DNA from: a virus
Lineage: Duplodnaviria; Caudoviricetes
Length of the DNA: 64,000 nucleotides
Direction: 5' to 3' (one strand)
IMG/VR virus record: IMGVR_UViG_3300047545_000306
Location: 39,151-103,150 of that record
Made by a program: the position numbers and the translations under genes. The number at the start of each line of letters is the position of its first letter. Position 1 is the stretch's first letter. The notes under the pieces were generated by a model. That model worked only from the letters and a program-made list of their open reading frames with translations. It searched no databases and had not been told where the DNA came from. Below are positions 49,885 through 58,405 of the stretch, in pieces.

Positions 49885-50664
49885 TTAGCGTGTGAAAGAA
49901 AATACTGCGAAGTAGTAATTATAGAAATTGCTGTAGTTTGCGTAGTTATAGTAGTTAGCGTAGTTGTAGAAATTAGCGTAGTTATAGAAGTTATAGAAGT
50001 TATAGAAGTTGTAGAAGTTGTAGTAGTTGTAGTAGTTGTAGTAATTTGAATAGTTGTAGTATGTGGTCACTGATCCAGTTGCGGCTGAAGTAGCAGAGTT
50101 TCCATTTGCATTAGTTGCATAGATGGTGTAGGTCTGAGATGTTCCAGCTTCTTGAAGAACAGATGTATTTGGAGTTGCAGTGTCTCCTGCCTTTGCATCG
50201 CTTGATTCCCAGTGATAGTTTGTGATCGCCTTTCCACCGTTTGCTGGTGCAAGCCAGGTTAGATCGTCTGAGTTTGTGCTAGGGTTTGTTGCTGCGTTTA
50301 GAGTAATTGTAGCTGGAACAGTAGTAGCAAATACTGTTGTAGTCGCAGATGCTTCAGAGGTTCCTACGGCATTTGTTGCAGTTACGCTAACTGTGTATGT
50401 GACTCCTGCTGCAAGACTAGAAACAGTTATTGGAGAAGATACTCCAGTTGCTGTTCTGGTTGTTTGCCCTGCTGCAGTAGCGGTTACCGTGTAAGATGTG
50501 GCTGCTGGTGAGTTACCTGGCAAAGAGAAAGAAACAGACGCTGCACCATCATTGTATGGTCTGTTTGTACCAACGTCAGTTGCCGATACGCTTACTGGTG
50601 CTAGTGGCTGTAAGAAGTCATTGGATGCCGCTGACTTTTTTCCTGCTCTTTTATTTGCTGCCAT
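49885..50664 (-). CDS. Fibronectin type III protein with C-terminal (Y/F)xN repeat tail
   Basis: Two FN3 domains (SYTVTA...YTVSVTATNAVGTS; W.AP.NGG.AITNY...ATNANG) then 16 (Y/F)xN triplets. Confidence 0.85.
   Translation of the reverse strand: MAANKRAGKKSAASNDFLQPLAPVSVSATDVGTNRPYNDGAASVSFSLPGNSPAATSYTVTATAAGQTTRTATGVSSPITVSSLAAGVTYTVSVTATNAVGTSEASATTTVFATTVPATITLNAATNPSTNSDDLTWLAPANGGKAITNYHWESSDAKAGDTATPNTSVLQEAGTSQTYTIYATNANGNSATSAATGSVTTYYNYSNYYNYYNYYNFYNFYNFYNFYNYANFYNYANYYNYANYSNFYNYYFAVFSFTR
49912..50061 (-). repeat. 9-bp period degenerate tandem repeat encoding 16 (Y/F)-(Y/A/S)-N units
   Basis: Plus-strand units such as gttgtagta, gttatagaa, gttagcgta. Confidence 0.9.
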
Positions 50665-50687
50665 GTCTTGTTATTCTCCTTTTAGAA

Positions 50688-52016
50688 TTAAGCTGATAGA
50701 TCGCCAAAGACAACCCATGTGTCTGTAGCTCTCTTAAATAGTGTAGCAGATGACCACTGTGTGCGTAGCTTTAGTCCAGGGGTACCATTGACTGTGGTGG
50801 TTCCTGGAGTTACTGCTGCTATGGTTACCTGTCCAGAGCCAGTCTGTAGGATATCGATTGAGGTTCCAACTGGATATGCAACTGAGGCATTTGTAGGTAT
50901 AGATATGGTTACACCAGATGCTGAATTGACCTCCACGAGCTTGTCACGGTCTGTTAGAGCTGTTGTGTACGCACCTGTCTGCTGGTTAATAGCTGTGATA
51001 GATGGAACGCCTTGCTTAACCTGTACGCCATCAGCATATTCAATTCCGCCTACCTTTAGGGTATCGTAAACTGCCTGAGAGAAGTTAATGGTGGTTGTTG
51101 GCTCATCCTCAACGCTTGAGAATAGCTTCCAAACACCGTCGGTAGCGTCACGAACGATACCTGCGTGTTGATATGCCCCATCATTGAATGATGAAACAAG
51201 ACCAAGGTCAACCACATTTGCATCATTGCCCTCGCCGATATAGATTAGTGGGTCTGTCACAACTAGGTCTGTTGCATTAACAGTGGTGGTTGTTCCACCG
51301 ACAGTCAGATCTCCAGTGATTGAGATATCTGCAGCTGTTAGAGTTCCAGTGAAAGTTGGTCCTGCTATTGGTGCCTTTGCATCTAGCTGAGTCTGAATTG
51401 ATGATGTAACTCCATCAACGTAGTTTAGCTCTGTAACTGATACTGTTGCACCGTCAAGGATGTTTAGCTCTGCTGCTGAGGCAGTAACGTCTACAATGTC
51501 TGCTGCATTAACGGTCACGTTGTTGTCTGCTGCAGATATGGTCTTGTTTGTAAGAGTTTCTGTACCTGACTTTGTAGCCAATTCTGAGGTGTCTGAGATA
51601 CCGTGAACATTTGTAGTATCATTTGCGTGAGTGTCAACGTAGCCTTGGGCTGTTAACTCCGCAGCTGCCTTGGCAGTAGCAATGTCATTAGTGAGTGTAG
51701 TTACAGCAGTGTCAACAGCATCAGATGCCGATGAAAGTGCTATAGAAAGCTGAGCTTCTGGAATTACTCCATCTCCATTAAGAGTTGCAACACCATCTAC
51801 AGCACCCTTCTGGGTAATAGGAACGTAGTCGTCTAGGTTTCCACCGAGGTCTACGATATTCTTAAATGGTGATAGGTCATCCCAGGTGTTTACGCCATCG
51901 CCAACACGGAATTCTCCAGTGTCTGTCTCGTAACCAATTTCTCCTGCTGCTAGAATAGGGTTAGCAGTAGTCCATTGAGAGGCTGTTCCTCTACGTTGCT
52001 GCATTCTTGTTGCCAT
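50688..52016 (-). CDS. Tail fibre protein (paralog of 47978..49033)
   Basis: Same QQRRGT...GEIGYE N-terminus and related C-domain (LQTGSGQVTI...QWSSATL...VFGDL). Confidence 0.75.
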   Translation of the reverse strand: MATRMQQRRGTASQWTTANPILAAGEIGYETDTGEFRVGDGVNTWDDLSPFKNIVDLGGNLDDYVPITQKGAVDGVATLNGDGVIPEAQLSIALSSASDAVDTAVTTLTNDIATAKAAAELTAQGYVDTHANDTTNVHGISDTSELATKSGTETLTNKTISAADNNVTVNAADIVDVTASAAELNILDGATVSVTELNYVDGVTSSIQTQLDAKAPIAGPTFTGTLTAADISITGDLTVGGTTTTVNATDLVVTDPLIYIGEGNDANVVDLGLVSSFNDGAYQHAGIVRDATDGVWKLFSSVEDEPTTTINFSQAVYDTLKVGGIEYADGVQVKQGVPSITAINQQTGAYTTALTDRDKLVEVNSASGVTISIPTNASVAYPVGTSIDILQTGSGQVTIAAVTPGTTTVNGTPGLKLRTQWSSATLFKRATDTWVVFGDLSA

Positions 52017-52076
52017 AATTTATTTTCTCCTAATGGGGGTTTCCCAGTATCTATTACTAATTATAACATTAGTTTT

Positions 52077-52529
52077 TTAGCTAAAGTTACTTGATGCATC
52101 TCCACCATCTAGCACTAGATCCCAAGTTGTTGTACCTGGTCCGCCTGCGTCAATGCTGTTGATTGATGGTTCTACTGATGTTGCACCTGCATCTGTAAAT
52201 ACAGAAACTATTAGTCCGCTTCCACCAATAGATGTGTCGTGGATGTGCTGAGGTATGTTGATAACGTCTTCGTACGATGCCATTAGATACCAGTCGCCAT
52301 TATAGTAAACCTTTACTCTAGTTAGCTCTGTATCAAACCATTGCATGCCGTCGAATGGTGAGGATGGGGCAGTGCTTCCTGTGTACAGAGACAAAGAGTC
52401 TACGTATGCTTTTGTTGCTGCATGGTTTGCCTCTGTTGGGTGTGAGACGACTACGGAGCCACCGAAGCTACCGCCTTGTGAGACGGATAGTCCGTTTTTG
52501 ACCTTAAAGTCTTTCTCTACTATTGCCAT
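52077..52529 (-). CDS. Fibre-associated virion protein
   Basis: KDFKVKNGL N-terminus, HAATKAYVD, APSSPFDGMQW. Confidence 0.6.
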   Translation of the reverse strand: MAIVEKDFKVKNGLSVSQGGSFGGSVVVSHPTEANHAATKAYVDSLSLYTGSTAPSSPFDGMQWFDTELTRVKVYYNGDWYLMASYEDVINIPQHIHDTSIGGSGLIVSVFTDAGATSVEPSINSIDAGGPGTTTWDLVLDGGDASSNFS

Positions 52530-52555
52530 ATGATTTCTCCTCTTTAAAACTTAGT

Positions 52556-52582
52556 GTGGGGGGTTTTTAAGGAACCCCCCTA
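52556..52582. terminator. GC hairpin, possible terminator
   Basis: GGGGGTT...AACCCCC inverted repeat in intergenic DNA; weak U-tract. Confidence 0.4.
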
Positions 52583-52596
52583 AACCTTTAGTTCTA

Positions 52597-54168
52597 TTAT
52601 ACTAGCAATGTTCCGATAACAGTAACTGTAGAGTTATTGTTAGCAGTTGTTACGAGTAGTCTTACATCTGCTCCAGAAATATCTGCAGAGACTGTTGATG
52701 CCGAACCATTGGTTCCAACAATTCCATACTCAGTGATTGCGATGTTGTCTGAGGTGTCTAGGGTCAATAGGACCTTTGAAATCTCGGTGTGGGTTCCGTA
52801 AGCAACCTTTACCAAGAATTCTGCTGAACGATAATCTGCCTTAGCAAATGCGTGTCCAACCTGGATTCCTGCTGTTGCTGCAGTGATCTGAGACGCTACC
52901 TGCTTAGCAACGTTATCAATGATAACTGCATTTGGGTAGATGTCTGCGTTAGATACTGCATCAATCGCTCTCTCATCTGTGAAGTAAAGGTTGTTGTCAC
53001 CCTCGGCTAGATCGTCAGTGGTTGAATCTGCTACACCGTTTTCTGCGGTAATAGTAAGTCCAGCACCAGTTCCAGTGATTGTAATGTTGGTAAGTGAAGC
53101 ACCAGTTAGCAAGTCAGCAGCTGAGCTCTTTGCACGTGAGTCTGTGAAGTACTGGTTTATAGAACCCTCTTCGATTTCGTCTGTGTCAAGTGCGTTGATT
53201 GAGTTGTCGGTGTAAGTATTTGCATTAGTTTCAGCTGTTGATGCTGCTCCTGCTGCGTCATAGTTAACCGCAAGACCATCTGCATAATTCTTAGCGTTTT
53301 GCTCTGCAGTGTTTGCATAAGTTTGAGCGGTGCCGTCTGCTGTAGCAATTGCGTCATTGTAAGTATCTGATGCTGCTGAGTCTACATACTGCTTAGTCGC
53401 TGCTGCTAGAGCCTGTGTTGGGTCTGCTGCAAGAACAAGTTCTCCAGTCATGGTGTCGCCAGACTTAGCTACCTTCTCCCCAATTGATGTTCCAATTGTT
53501 GATGCAAAGTTTGCGTCATCGTTAATTGCTGCTGCAAGCTCGTTTAGAGTGTCTAGAAGAGCTGGTGCTGAATCTACAAGGTTTGCAACTGCTGTGTCAG
53601 TGTATCCGTTTGCAGAAGTGATAGCATTGCTTTCTGCAGTTGCGGCTGCACCTGCTGCGTCGTAATTGACTGCAAGTCCATCTGCATACGACTTTGCATT
53701 GTTTTCTGCTGTAGTAGCAGAGCCAGCAGCGTCATAGTTTCCAGCTAGACCATCTGCATAGATTACGGCATTGTCATATGCACCTTGTGCAGATCCTGCT
53801 GGGTCATAGTTTGATGCAAGACCGTCTGCGTAGTTTTCCGCATTTGTCTCTGCAGTATTTGCATATCCCTGTGCAGTTGTAAGTGCTGTAGTGATTTCAC
53901 CATCTGTGTAAGAATTAGCTGCTGTTTCTGCAGCATCTGCTGCACCTGCTGCATCGAATACGCCAGACTTTACGTTTAGCTCTCCAGATACAACTTCTAG
54001 CTGAGTTGACTCAACTGATGTAATTAGGGTTTCTCCACCAATTACATCAACAATGAAGTCTGTAGATGCTTGATCCTTTGTGAGGATGTCGTATCCATTA
54101 ATAGTACCTGAAGTACCTTCTACAATAAGACCTGATTTGATCTTGAAGTCTTTATTTACTGTTGCCAT
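52597..54168 (-). CDS. Tail fibre/coiled-coil virion protein with NYDAAG repeats
   Basis: Repeats of YADGLA.NYD.AG.A..AE.NA; LDTLNELAAA; TDDLAEG.NLYFT motifs. Confidence 0.7.
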   Translation of the reverse strand: MATVNKDFKIKSGLIVEGTSGTINGYDILTKDQASTDFIVDVIGGETLITSVESTQLEVVSGELNVKSGVFDAAGAADAAETAANSYTDGEITTALTTAQGYANTAETNAENYADGLASNYDPAGSAQGAYDNAVIYADGLAGNYDAAGSATTAENNAKSYADGLAVNYDAAGAAATAESNAITSANGYTDTAVANLVDSAPALLDTLNELAAAINDDANFASTIGTSIGEKVAKSGDTMTGELVLAADPTQALAAATKQYVDSAASDTYNDAIATADGTAQTYANTAEQNAKNYADGLAVNYDAAGAASTAETNANTYTDNSINALDTDEIEEGSINQYFTDSRAKSSAADLLTGASLTNITITGTGAGLTITAENGVADSTTDDLAEGDNNLYFTDERAIDAVSNADIYPNAVIIDNVAKQVASQITAATAGIQVGHAFAKADYRSAEFLVKVAYGTHTEISKVLLTLDTSDNIAITEYGIVGTNGSASTVSADISGADVRLLVTTANNNSTVTVIGTLLV

Positions 54169-54189
54169 TTTTATCTCCTATAGGGTTAA

Positions 54190-54636
54190 TTAAGCCTTGA
54201 GACCAATGCGAGCAAATCGCACGGTAACAGGCTTGATGTTTGAATCTGGGGTAACAGTCAAAGCAACTGTATTTCCAGTTCTAGAGACATTAACGGTGCC
54301 AATATTCCCATCATTGTCAATTGTTCCATACTCAGAAACTGACACGTCAGTTCCATCTACAAGTATGGTAAGTTCGGTTGCGTAGAATAGGTTATCACCA
54401 TTAGAAGTCTTTGCGATAGACACTAGGTATTTAACCATACGCCATACAGTTGCATCGAATGAATCGACTACTGTTGGGTTCTCAATTCCAGAAATAGTAT
54501 TTTCGTTATTACCGAAAGTTCCTAGATCTGTTGATTGAGCAGAGGTGGTATCAATGAGATCTACATAGTCCTGTTCTTCAGGCTTGTCTCCAGTCTCAAA
54601 TCTGGTTTTTACGTACGGAAGGGTTGTTCTAGACAT
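54190..54636 (-). CDS. Virion protein, paralog of the C-domain of 52597..54168
   Basis: FETGDKP...DLID N-terminus; WRMVKYLV...SEYGTI versus YRSAEFLV...TEYGIV. Confidence 0.6.
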   Translation of the reverse strand: MSRTTLPYVKTRFETGDKPEEQDYVDLIDTTSAQSTDLGTFGNNENTISGIENPTVVDSFDATVWRMVKYLVSIAKTSNGDNLFYATELTILVDGTDVSVSEYGTIDNDGNIGTVNVSRTGNTVALTVTPDSNIKPVTVRFARIGLKA

Positions 54637-54665
54637 GTAATAATTATATCATCGTTTATTTAGTC

Positions 54666-54890
54666 TTACATAACATAGTTATTAAAACCGATGACCGCTA
54701 TTCCAATTGGGGCAGCGTTTCCAGGACCATAGTTGCTTGTTATTCCTAGATTGGTAAATTTTATTCTAAAAGGCAATACCTCTTTAATCTCTACCTTGCG
54801 ACTTTTATCCTTTATGTTAAAAATACCGTAGGCAAAATGCTTAATAGATTTTGTAGAATGTTTTTTATCTGATATTGTTACAGATGCCAT
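54666..54890 (-). CDS. Hypothetical protein
   Basis: Coupled ORF ending APIGIAVIG. Confidence 0.55.
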   Translation of the reverse strand: MASVTISDKKHSTKSIKHFAYGIFNIKDKSRKVEIKEVLPFRIKFTNLGITSNYGPGNAAPIGIAVIGFNNYVM

Positions 54891-55282
54891 TATTCAGTTA
54901 CGTCTTCCAGGATAATCATGCTACCCTGGCAAACTGTCCATACACGACTTGAGTCTGATAGCTGAACATCGAAGATATCCCCTGTTTCAAGAATGTTTGA
55001 TTCAGCTGAAGACAATGCTACTGTGAACTCTCCAGCACCATCAAGATCGGTTGCTTCTGGAAATAGATTTAGTACCACTGTAGCATCGTCTGTAATAGAA
55101 ACAATTTTCTGCGATGTCGTTGGTCTCTTTACTGTCATGTTTATTGACCATGCAGAAATGTCTAGAGGCTGCTTATTGTCATCAGTTACGTATGCACGGA
55201 ATGATGCTGTGTCTCCACGGACTACTGTCCATGTCACCATTGGTGGGGTATTCCCTACGCTAAATCCTGATCCTCTTGCCAT
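54890..55282 (-). CDS. BppU-N-like adaptor protein
   Basis: W.VVRGDT...FDVQL...VWTV..G; paralog of 62279..62659. Confidence 0.55.
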   Translation of the reverse strand: MARGSGFSVGNTPPMVTWTVVRGDTASFRAYVTDDNKQPLDISAWSINMTVKRPTTSQKIVSITDDATVVLNLFPEATDLDGAGEFTVALSSAESNILETGDIFDVQLSDSSRVWTVCQGSMIILEDVTE

Positions 55283-55309
55283 AACACCAATTATATCATG
55301 CTTTAATCT

Positions 55310-55337
55310 TTGACGAGAAAGTAAATCGTGGTATAAT
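55310..55337 (+). promoter_or_regulatory. Sigma70-type promoter for the NlpC/P60 transcript
   Basis: TTGACG-16 nt-TATAAT with TG extension. Confidence 0.75.
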
Positions 55338-55384
55338 TATGTATGAACACTCCCTCAAAAGAGTGTTTTTCCGTTAAGGAGGAT

Positions 55385-55456
55385 ATGATGAAACAGAGTG
55401 ACAACAACGTTAAAATCGTGACAATCCAAGACCAATATTTTTTGCTATCGCACTAA
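55385..55456 (+). CDS. Putative leader peptide (23 aa uORF)
   Basis: AAGGAGG SD then MMKQSDNNVKIVTIQDQYFLLSH*. Confidence 0.4.
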   Translation: MMKQSDNNVKIVTIQDQYFLLSH

Positions 55457-55523
55457 TAAAAATATTGTCGCCAAGGCTGTGAGAGAGCCGTAACTACGAA
55501 AAGAATAAAAAGGAGGTAGTAAT

Positions 55524-56102
55524 TTGAAACAATTATTGCTAATAGGAACCACCATTTTTACTTTGGTAGCAGGCTCAGCTAACGCTGGCATAATACCAGA
55601 AACACAGCAACAAACAAGACCCCTTCGTGGAAACCACACTTCGGTTTCTATAATTCATGCAGCTGAGGCTAAGGCTAAGGCTAAGGCAGAGCTACTTAAA
55701 ACTATTGAGATTCAAAGGAATACTGATAGAGTATCTGCAGCGATCAAAAAGCTTAGAAGCCACGTTGGCAAAACTTGGTATGTATTTTCGGGAGCCACCC
55801 CATCTGGATGGGATTGCTCTGGTTTAACAATGTGGTTTTATCAGCAGCTTGGGATTGAGCTAGAGCATCGTGCATCTAAGCAAGATACCGCAGGTAAAAA
55901 GACATCTACCCCAAAACCTGGAGACATAGTCGTATTTCACTACAATGGATCTAAAGATGCATACCACGTTGGCATCTATATTGGTGATGGAAAAATGATT
56001 CATGCTCCAAAGCATGGGCACTCAACCAGGGTTGAAGACGTAAAAACTTTTGGTGGAGACTACTCAGACATTAGCTACAGAACACTAATCGAAACTAGTT
56101 AG
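55524..56102 (+). CDS. Secreted NlpC/P60 peptidoglycan hydrolase
   Basis: Signal peptide; WDCSGL catalytic Cys, PGDIVVF, HVGIYIG...MIHA; AGGAGG SD with TTG start. Confidence 0.92.
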   Translation: MKQLLLIGTTIFTLVAGSANAGIIPETQQQTRPLRGNHTSVSIIHAAEAKAKAKAELLKTIEIQRNTDRVSAAIKKLRSHVGKTWYVFSGATPSGWDCSGLTMWFYQQLGIELEHRASKQDTAGKKTSTPKPGDIVVFHYNGSKDAYHVGIYIGDGKMIHAPKHGHSTRVEDVKTFGGDYSDISYRTLIETS

Positions 56103-57474
56103 ATATTTCTACCCAGCTAGTTCCATTATAGCGTTTTAAAACTTTTAGTCCAACCCAGCCGTCCGTGTCGTTTGCATATCTTTTTGCAACCGTAAGGCTT
56201 GTCTTGGTAGATGATCCTGTCATTCTTTGACCAGTCAGCTTATATATCACTACGGATGTTGCAGTTCCTGGTGGTGAAACCGTTCCTGCAATTGGACTCT
56301 GAGACTTGACGGTTCCGCTATTCTCACCGTTAGCACCTGATCCAGAATAGGTAACTGTCGGTGTTCCAAATCCAGCATTAACTAATGTTGTCTGTGCAGC
56401 TGACAAACTGCCACCAACAACATTTGGAATGGATAGACCTGCTAACCTATAAATTACGATGGATGTTGCCGAGCCAAGGGCAACCATAACCGTTCCTTCT
56501 GGAATTCCCACTGGGTCTTGAGATTTTACCAAACCACTATTTTGAGCAGTTGCACCAGTTTCTGTATAGCTTATTGTTGGAGATGCTAGTCCAGTTCCAA
56601 CTATAGCTGACACGGCAGTTGTTTGAGTCATGCCAACTACATTCGGCATTGCAACAGTCTGAAACTTATATAAAACAACGTTGACTGTTTCTCCAATAGG
56701 TCTGGTCTGACCTTTATACCCCCAGTCAGATACGGTGTTATTTAAAGATGATGTGGTAGTTGACACTGTTGTGGTTGAGACGTTGAAACCTGCGGCAGCG
56801 AGAGTTGCTCTAGCATCTGCCTCTGTTTTACCAGTCAAGTCTGGGATAGCATTTTGAGTAAGGTAGCATGTTGGAGTTATTGTGGATCCTGCTGCTGCTG
56901 TTTGACCTGCTGACGGTGAGTATGAAGCAACCTTTCCAGGGCTAGCCATGCTGACTCCAGAATATATTGGAGATCCTGCTATAAAACCTGCATTAGTCAT
57001 GGCAGTATTAAAGTCTGTAACTGTGGCTGGCAAAGAAATTGCTGGCACTGGGTTTCCTGCAACATAAACGGTATTTGGTGTTAGTGCAGAAGACGCAGAC
57101 ACGGATATGGGTGGACACTTGTAACTAGGAGTTTGGTCCACAGTCTGGAACGCTCCAGATACTGACACGCTAGCTGTTCCATCTGCAGCATGAACTATCC
57201 ACTTTGTGCTTGTGTCCAGGGCTATGGATGAATTGGCAGATGGCAGAGAGTATTGACCAGATGCTGTCCAAAGTGTTGAACCACCAACTTTGTGATTTCC
57301 AGAACATGTAAATGACTGAAAGTATTGACCACCACAGTATAGTCTTAGTACGGATGTTAGCAGGGTTCTTCCGCCTGGGTAAGAAGCTGATCCAGCCTCC
57401 TTTGTAGTTTCTGTAACTACGATTCTTAGCCTGTATGTATTGCTAGTTGATCCATAGACATCTATTAGTGCCAT
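56095..57474 (-). CDS. PASTA-repeat virion protein
   Basis: IPDLTGKTEADARATLAAAGF, MPNVVG...KSQDP, IPNVVG...KSQSP.AGT; beta-rich N-domain; KRYNGTSWV end. Confidence 0.75.
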   Translation of the reverse strand: MALIDVYGSTSNTYRLRIVVTETTKEAGSASYPGGRTLLTSVLRLYCGGQYFQSFTCSGNHKVGGSTLWTASGQYSLPSANSSIALDTSTKWIVHAADGTASVSVSGAFQTVDQTPSYKCPPISVSASSALTPNTVYVAGNPVPAISLPATVTDFNTAMTNAGFIAGSPIYSGVSMASPGKVASYSPSAGQTAAAGSTITPTCYLTQNAIPDLTGKTEADARATLAAAGFNVSTTTVSTTTSSLNNTVSDWGYKGQTRPIGETVNVVLYKFQTVAMPNVVGMTQTTAVSAIVGTGLASPTISYTETGATAQNSGLVKSQDPVGIPEGTVMVALGSATSIVIYRLAGLSIPNVVGGSLSAAQTTLVNAGFGTPTVTYSGSGANGENSGTVKSQSPIAGTVSPPGTATSVVIYKLTGQRMTGSSTKTSLTVAKRYANDTDGWVGLKVLKRYNGTSWVEISN

Positions 57475-57479
57475 CTACA

Positions 57480-58382
57480 TCACCAGAACCAAAGATCGCC
57501 TGAAACTGCTCCTATTGGATTTCCAAGTGCTGGGTCTTGAACAAAAATATTATCTGCAGAAGATGCTGGCTTATTGGCAAGTGCACCATCGACATATGTC
57601 TTTGATGCTTTTAGGTCAAGTGCTGTTTGCGTTGCAGTTGAAATTGGCTTTAGTGCATCCGTAGTGTTGTCAACGTTTGACAGTCCGACTGATGACTTTG
57701 TCAGCCCTGATGTCGATCCAGAAAATGTTACAGTTCCTGTAAAGGTTGGTGAGTCTATTGGTGCCTTAAGATTGATCAGGGCTTGCAGTGAAGACTGCAG
57801 TGTTTGGATTGCCTGATTAATCTGAGTAGTTACTTCTGACTTCAGGTAGTAGATGTCGTTGTGATTATGTGTTGTGTCGGACATCTCTTTCCATGCAGAC
57901 CATTTTTGCAACGCATTGGAAACTGCAGGATTGTATGATCTAAAGAAAGTTTTGTTTGGACCAATTGGAGAAGACGATGAGTCTCCAGCCATCTGATAGG
58001 TCTGATAAATAATACCATCGCCATTAGTTACCGTGAGAAGTCCTGCGAATGCCAGACCGCCAGAAGTTGGGTATCCAGAAGATCCTTGTGATCTTGCATC
58101 TGAGTTGCTATCTTGACTAAAGATGCCATTAGAAAGATATGTATCCAAGTTTTCTGACTGTGCTAGTGACTGAACAACGATTGGCTCTATATTGTCTAGT
58201 TGATTTTGAATGTTAGCAAAGTAGCCAGCTATTGAGTTTGAGACTAACTGTGCCTCGTCTGTATTTCCAGTATCATATCCAGATGATCCGTAGTGATACA
58301 TTTTTAATGCAGCTTGAATATCCGCAGCATCTTCGTATAGAGGAATTTGCGTTTTATATAAAGAGCCGATATCTTCAGACAT
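57480..58382 (-). CDS. Tail fibre-like protein
   Basis: ADIQAALKMYHYG N-terminus, knob-like YQTY...WSAW, VGLSNVDNT.D..KPISTATQTALD. Confidence 0.65.
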   Translation of the reverse strand: MSEDIGSLYKTQIPLYEDAADIQAALKMYHYGSSGYDTGNTDEAQLVSNSIAGYFANIQNQLDNIEPIVVQSLAQSENLDTYLSNGIFSQDSNSDARSQGSSGYPTSGGLAFAGLLTVTNGDGIIYQTYQMAGDSSSSPIGPNKTFFRSYNPAVSNALQKWSAWKEMSDTTHNHNDIYYLKSEVTTQINQAIQTLQSSLQALINLKAPIDSPTFTGTVTFSGSTSGLTKSSVGLSNVDNTTDALKPISTATQTALDLKASKTYVDGALANKPASSADNIFVQDPALGNPIGAVSGDLWFW

Positions 58383-58405
58383 AATTAATCACCACTAAGA
58401 TTATA

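Noticed and set aside
49912-50061. AAC/TAC-rich C-terminal region as a diversity-generating retroelement variable repeat
   Set aside because: No reverse transcriptase or template-repeat copy in the window; the variation is tandem, largely synonymous and keeps Asn fixed. A DGR elsewhere in the genome cannot be excluded.
55340-55520. c-di-AMP (ydaO) riboswitch upstream of NlpC/P60
   Set aside because: Its conserved sequence elements were not recognisable by eye; reported only as an unknown structured leader.
55662-55688. GCTAAG tandem repeat in the NlpC/P60 gene
   Set aside because: An in-frame AKAKAK linker, with no sign of phase variation.
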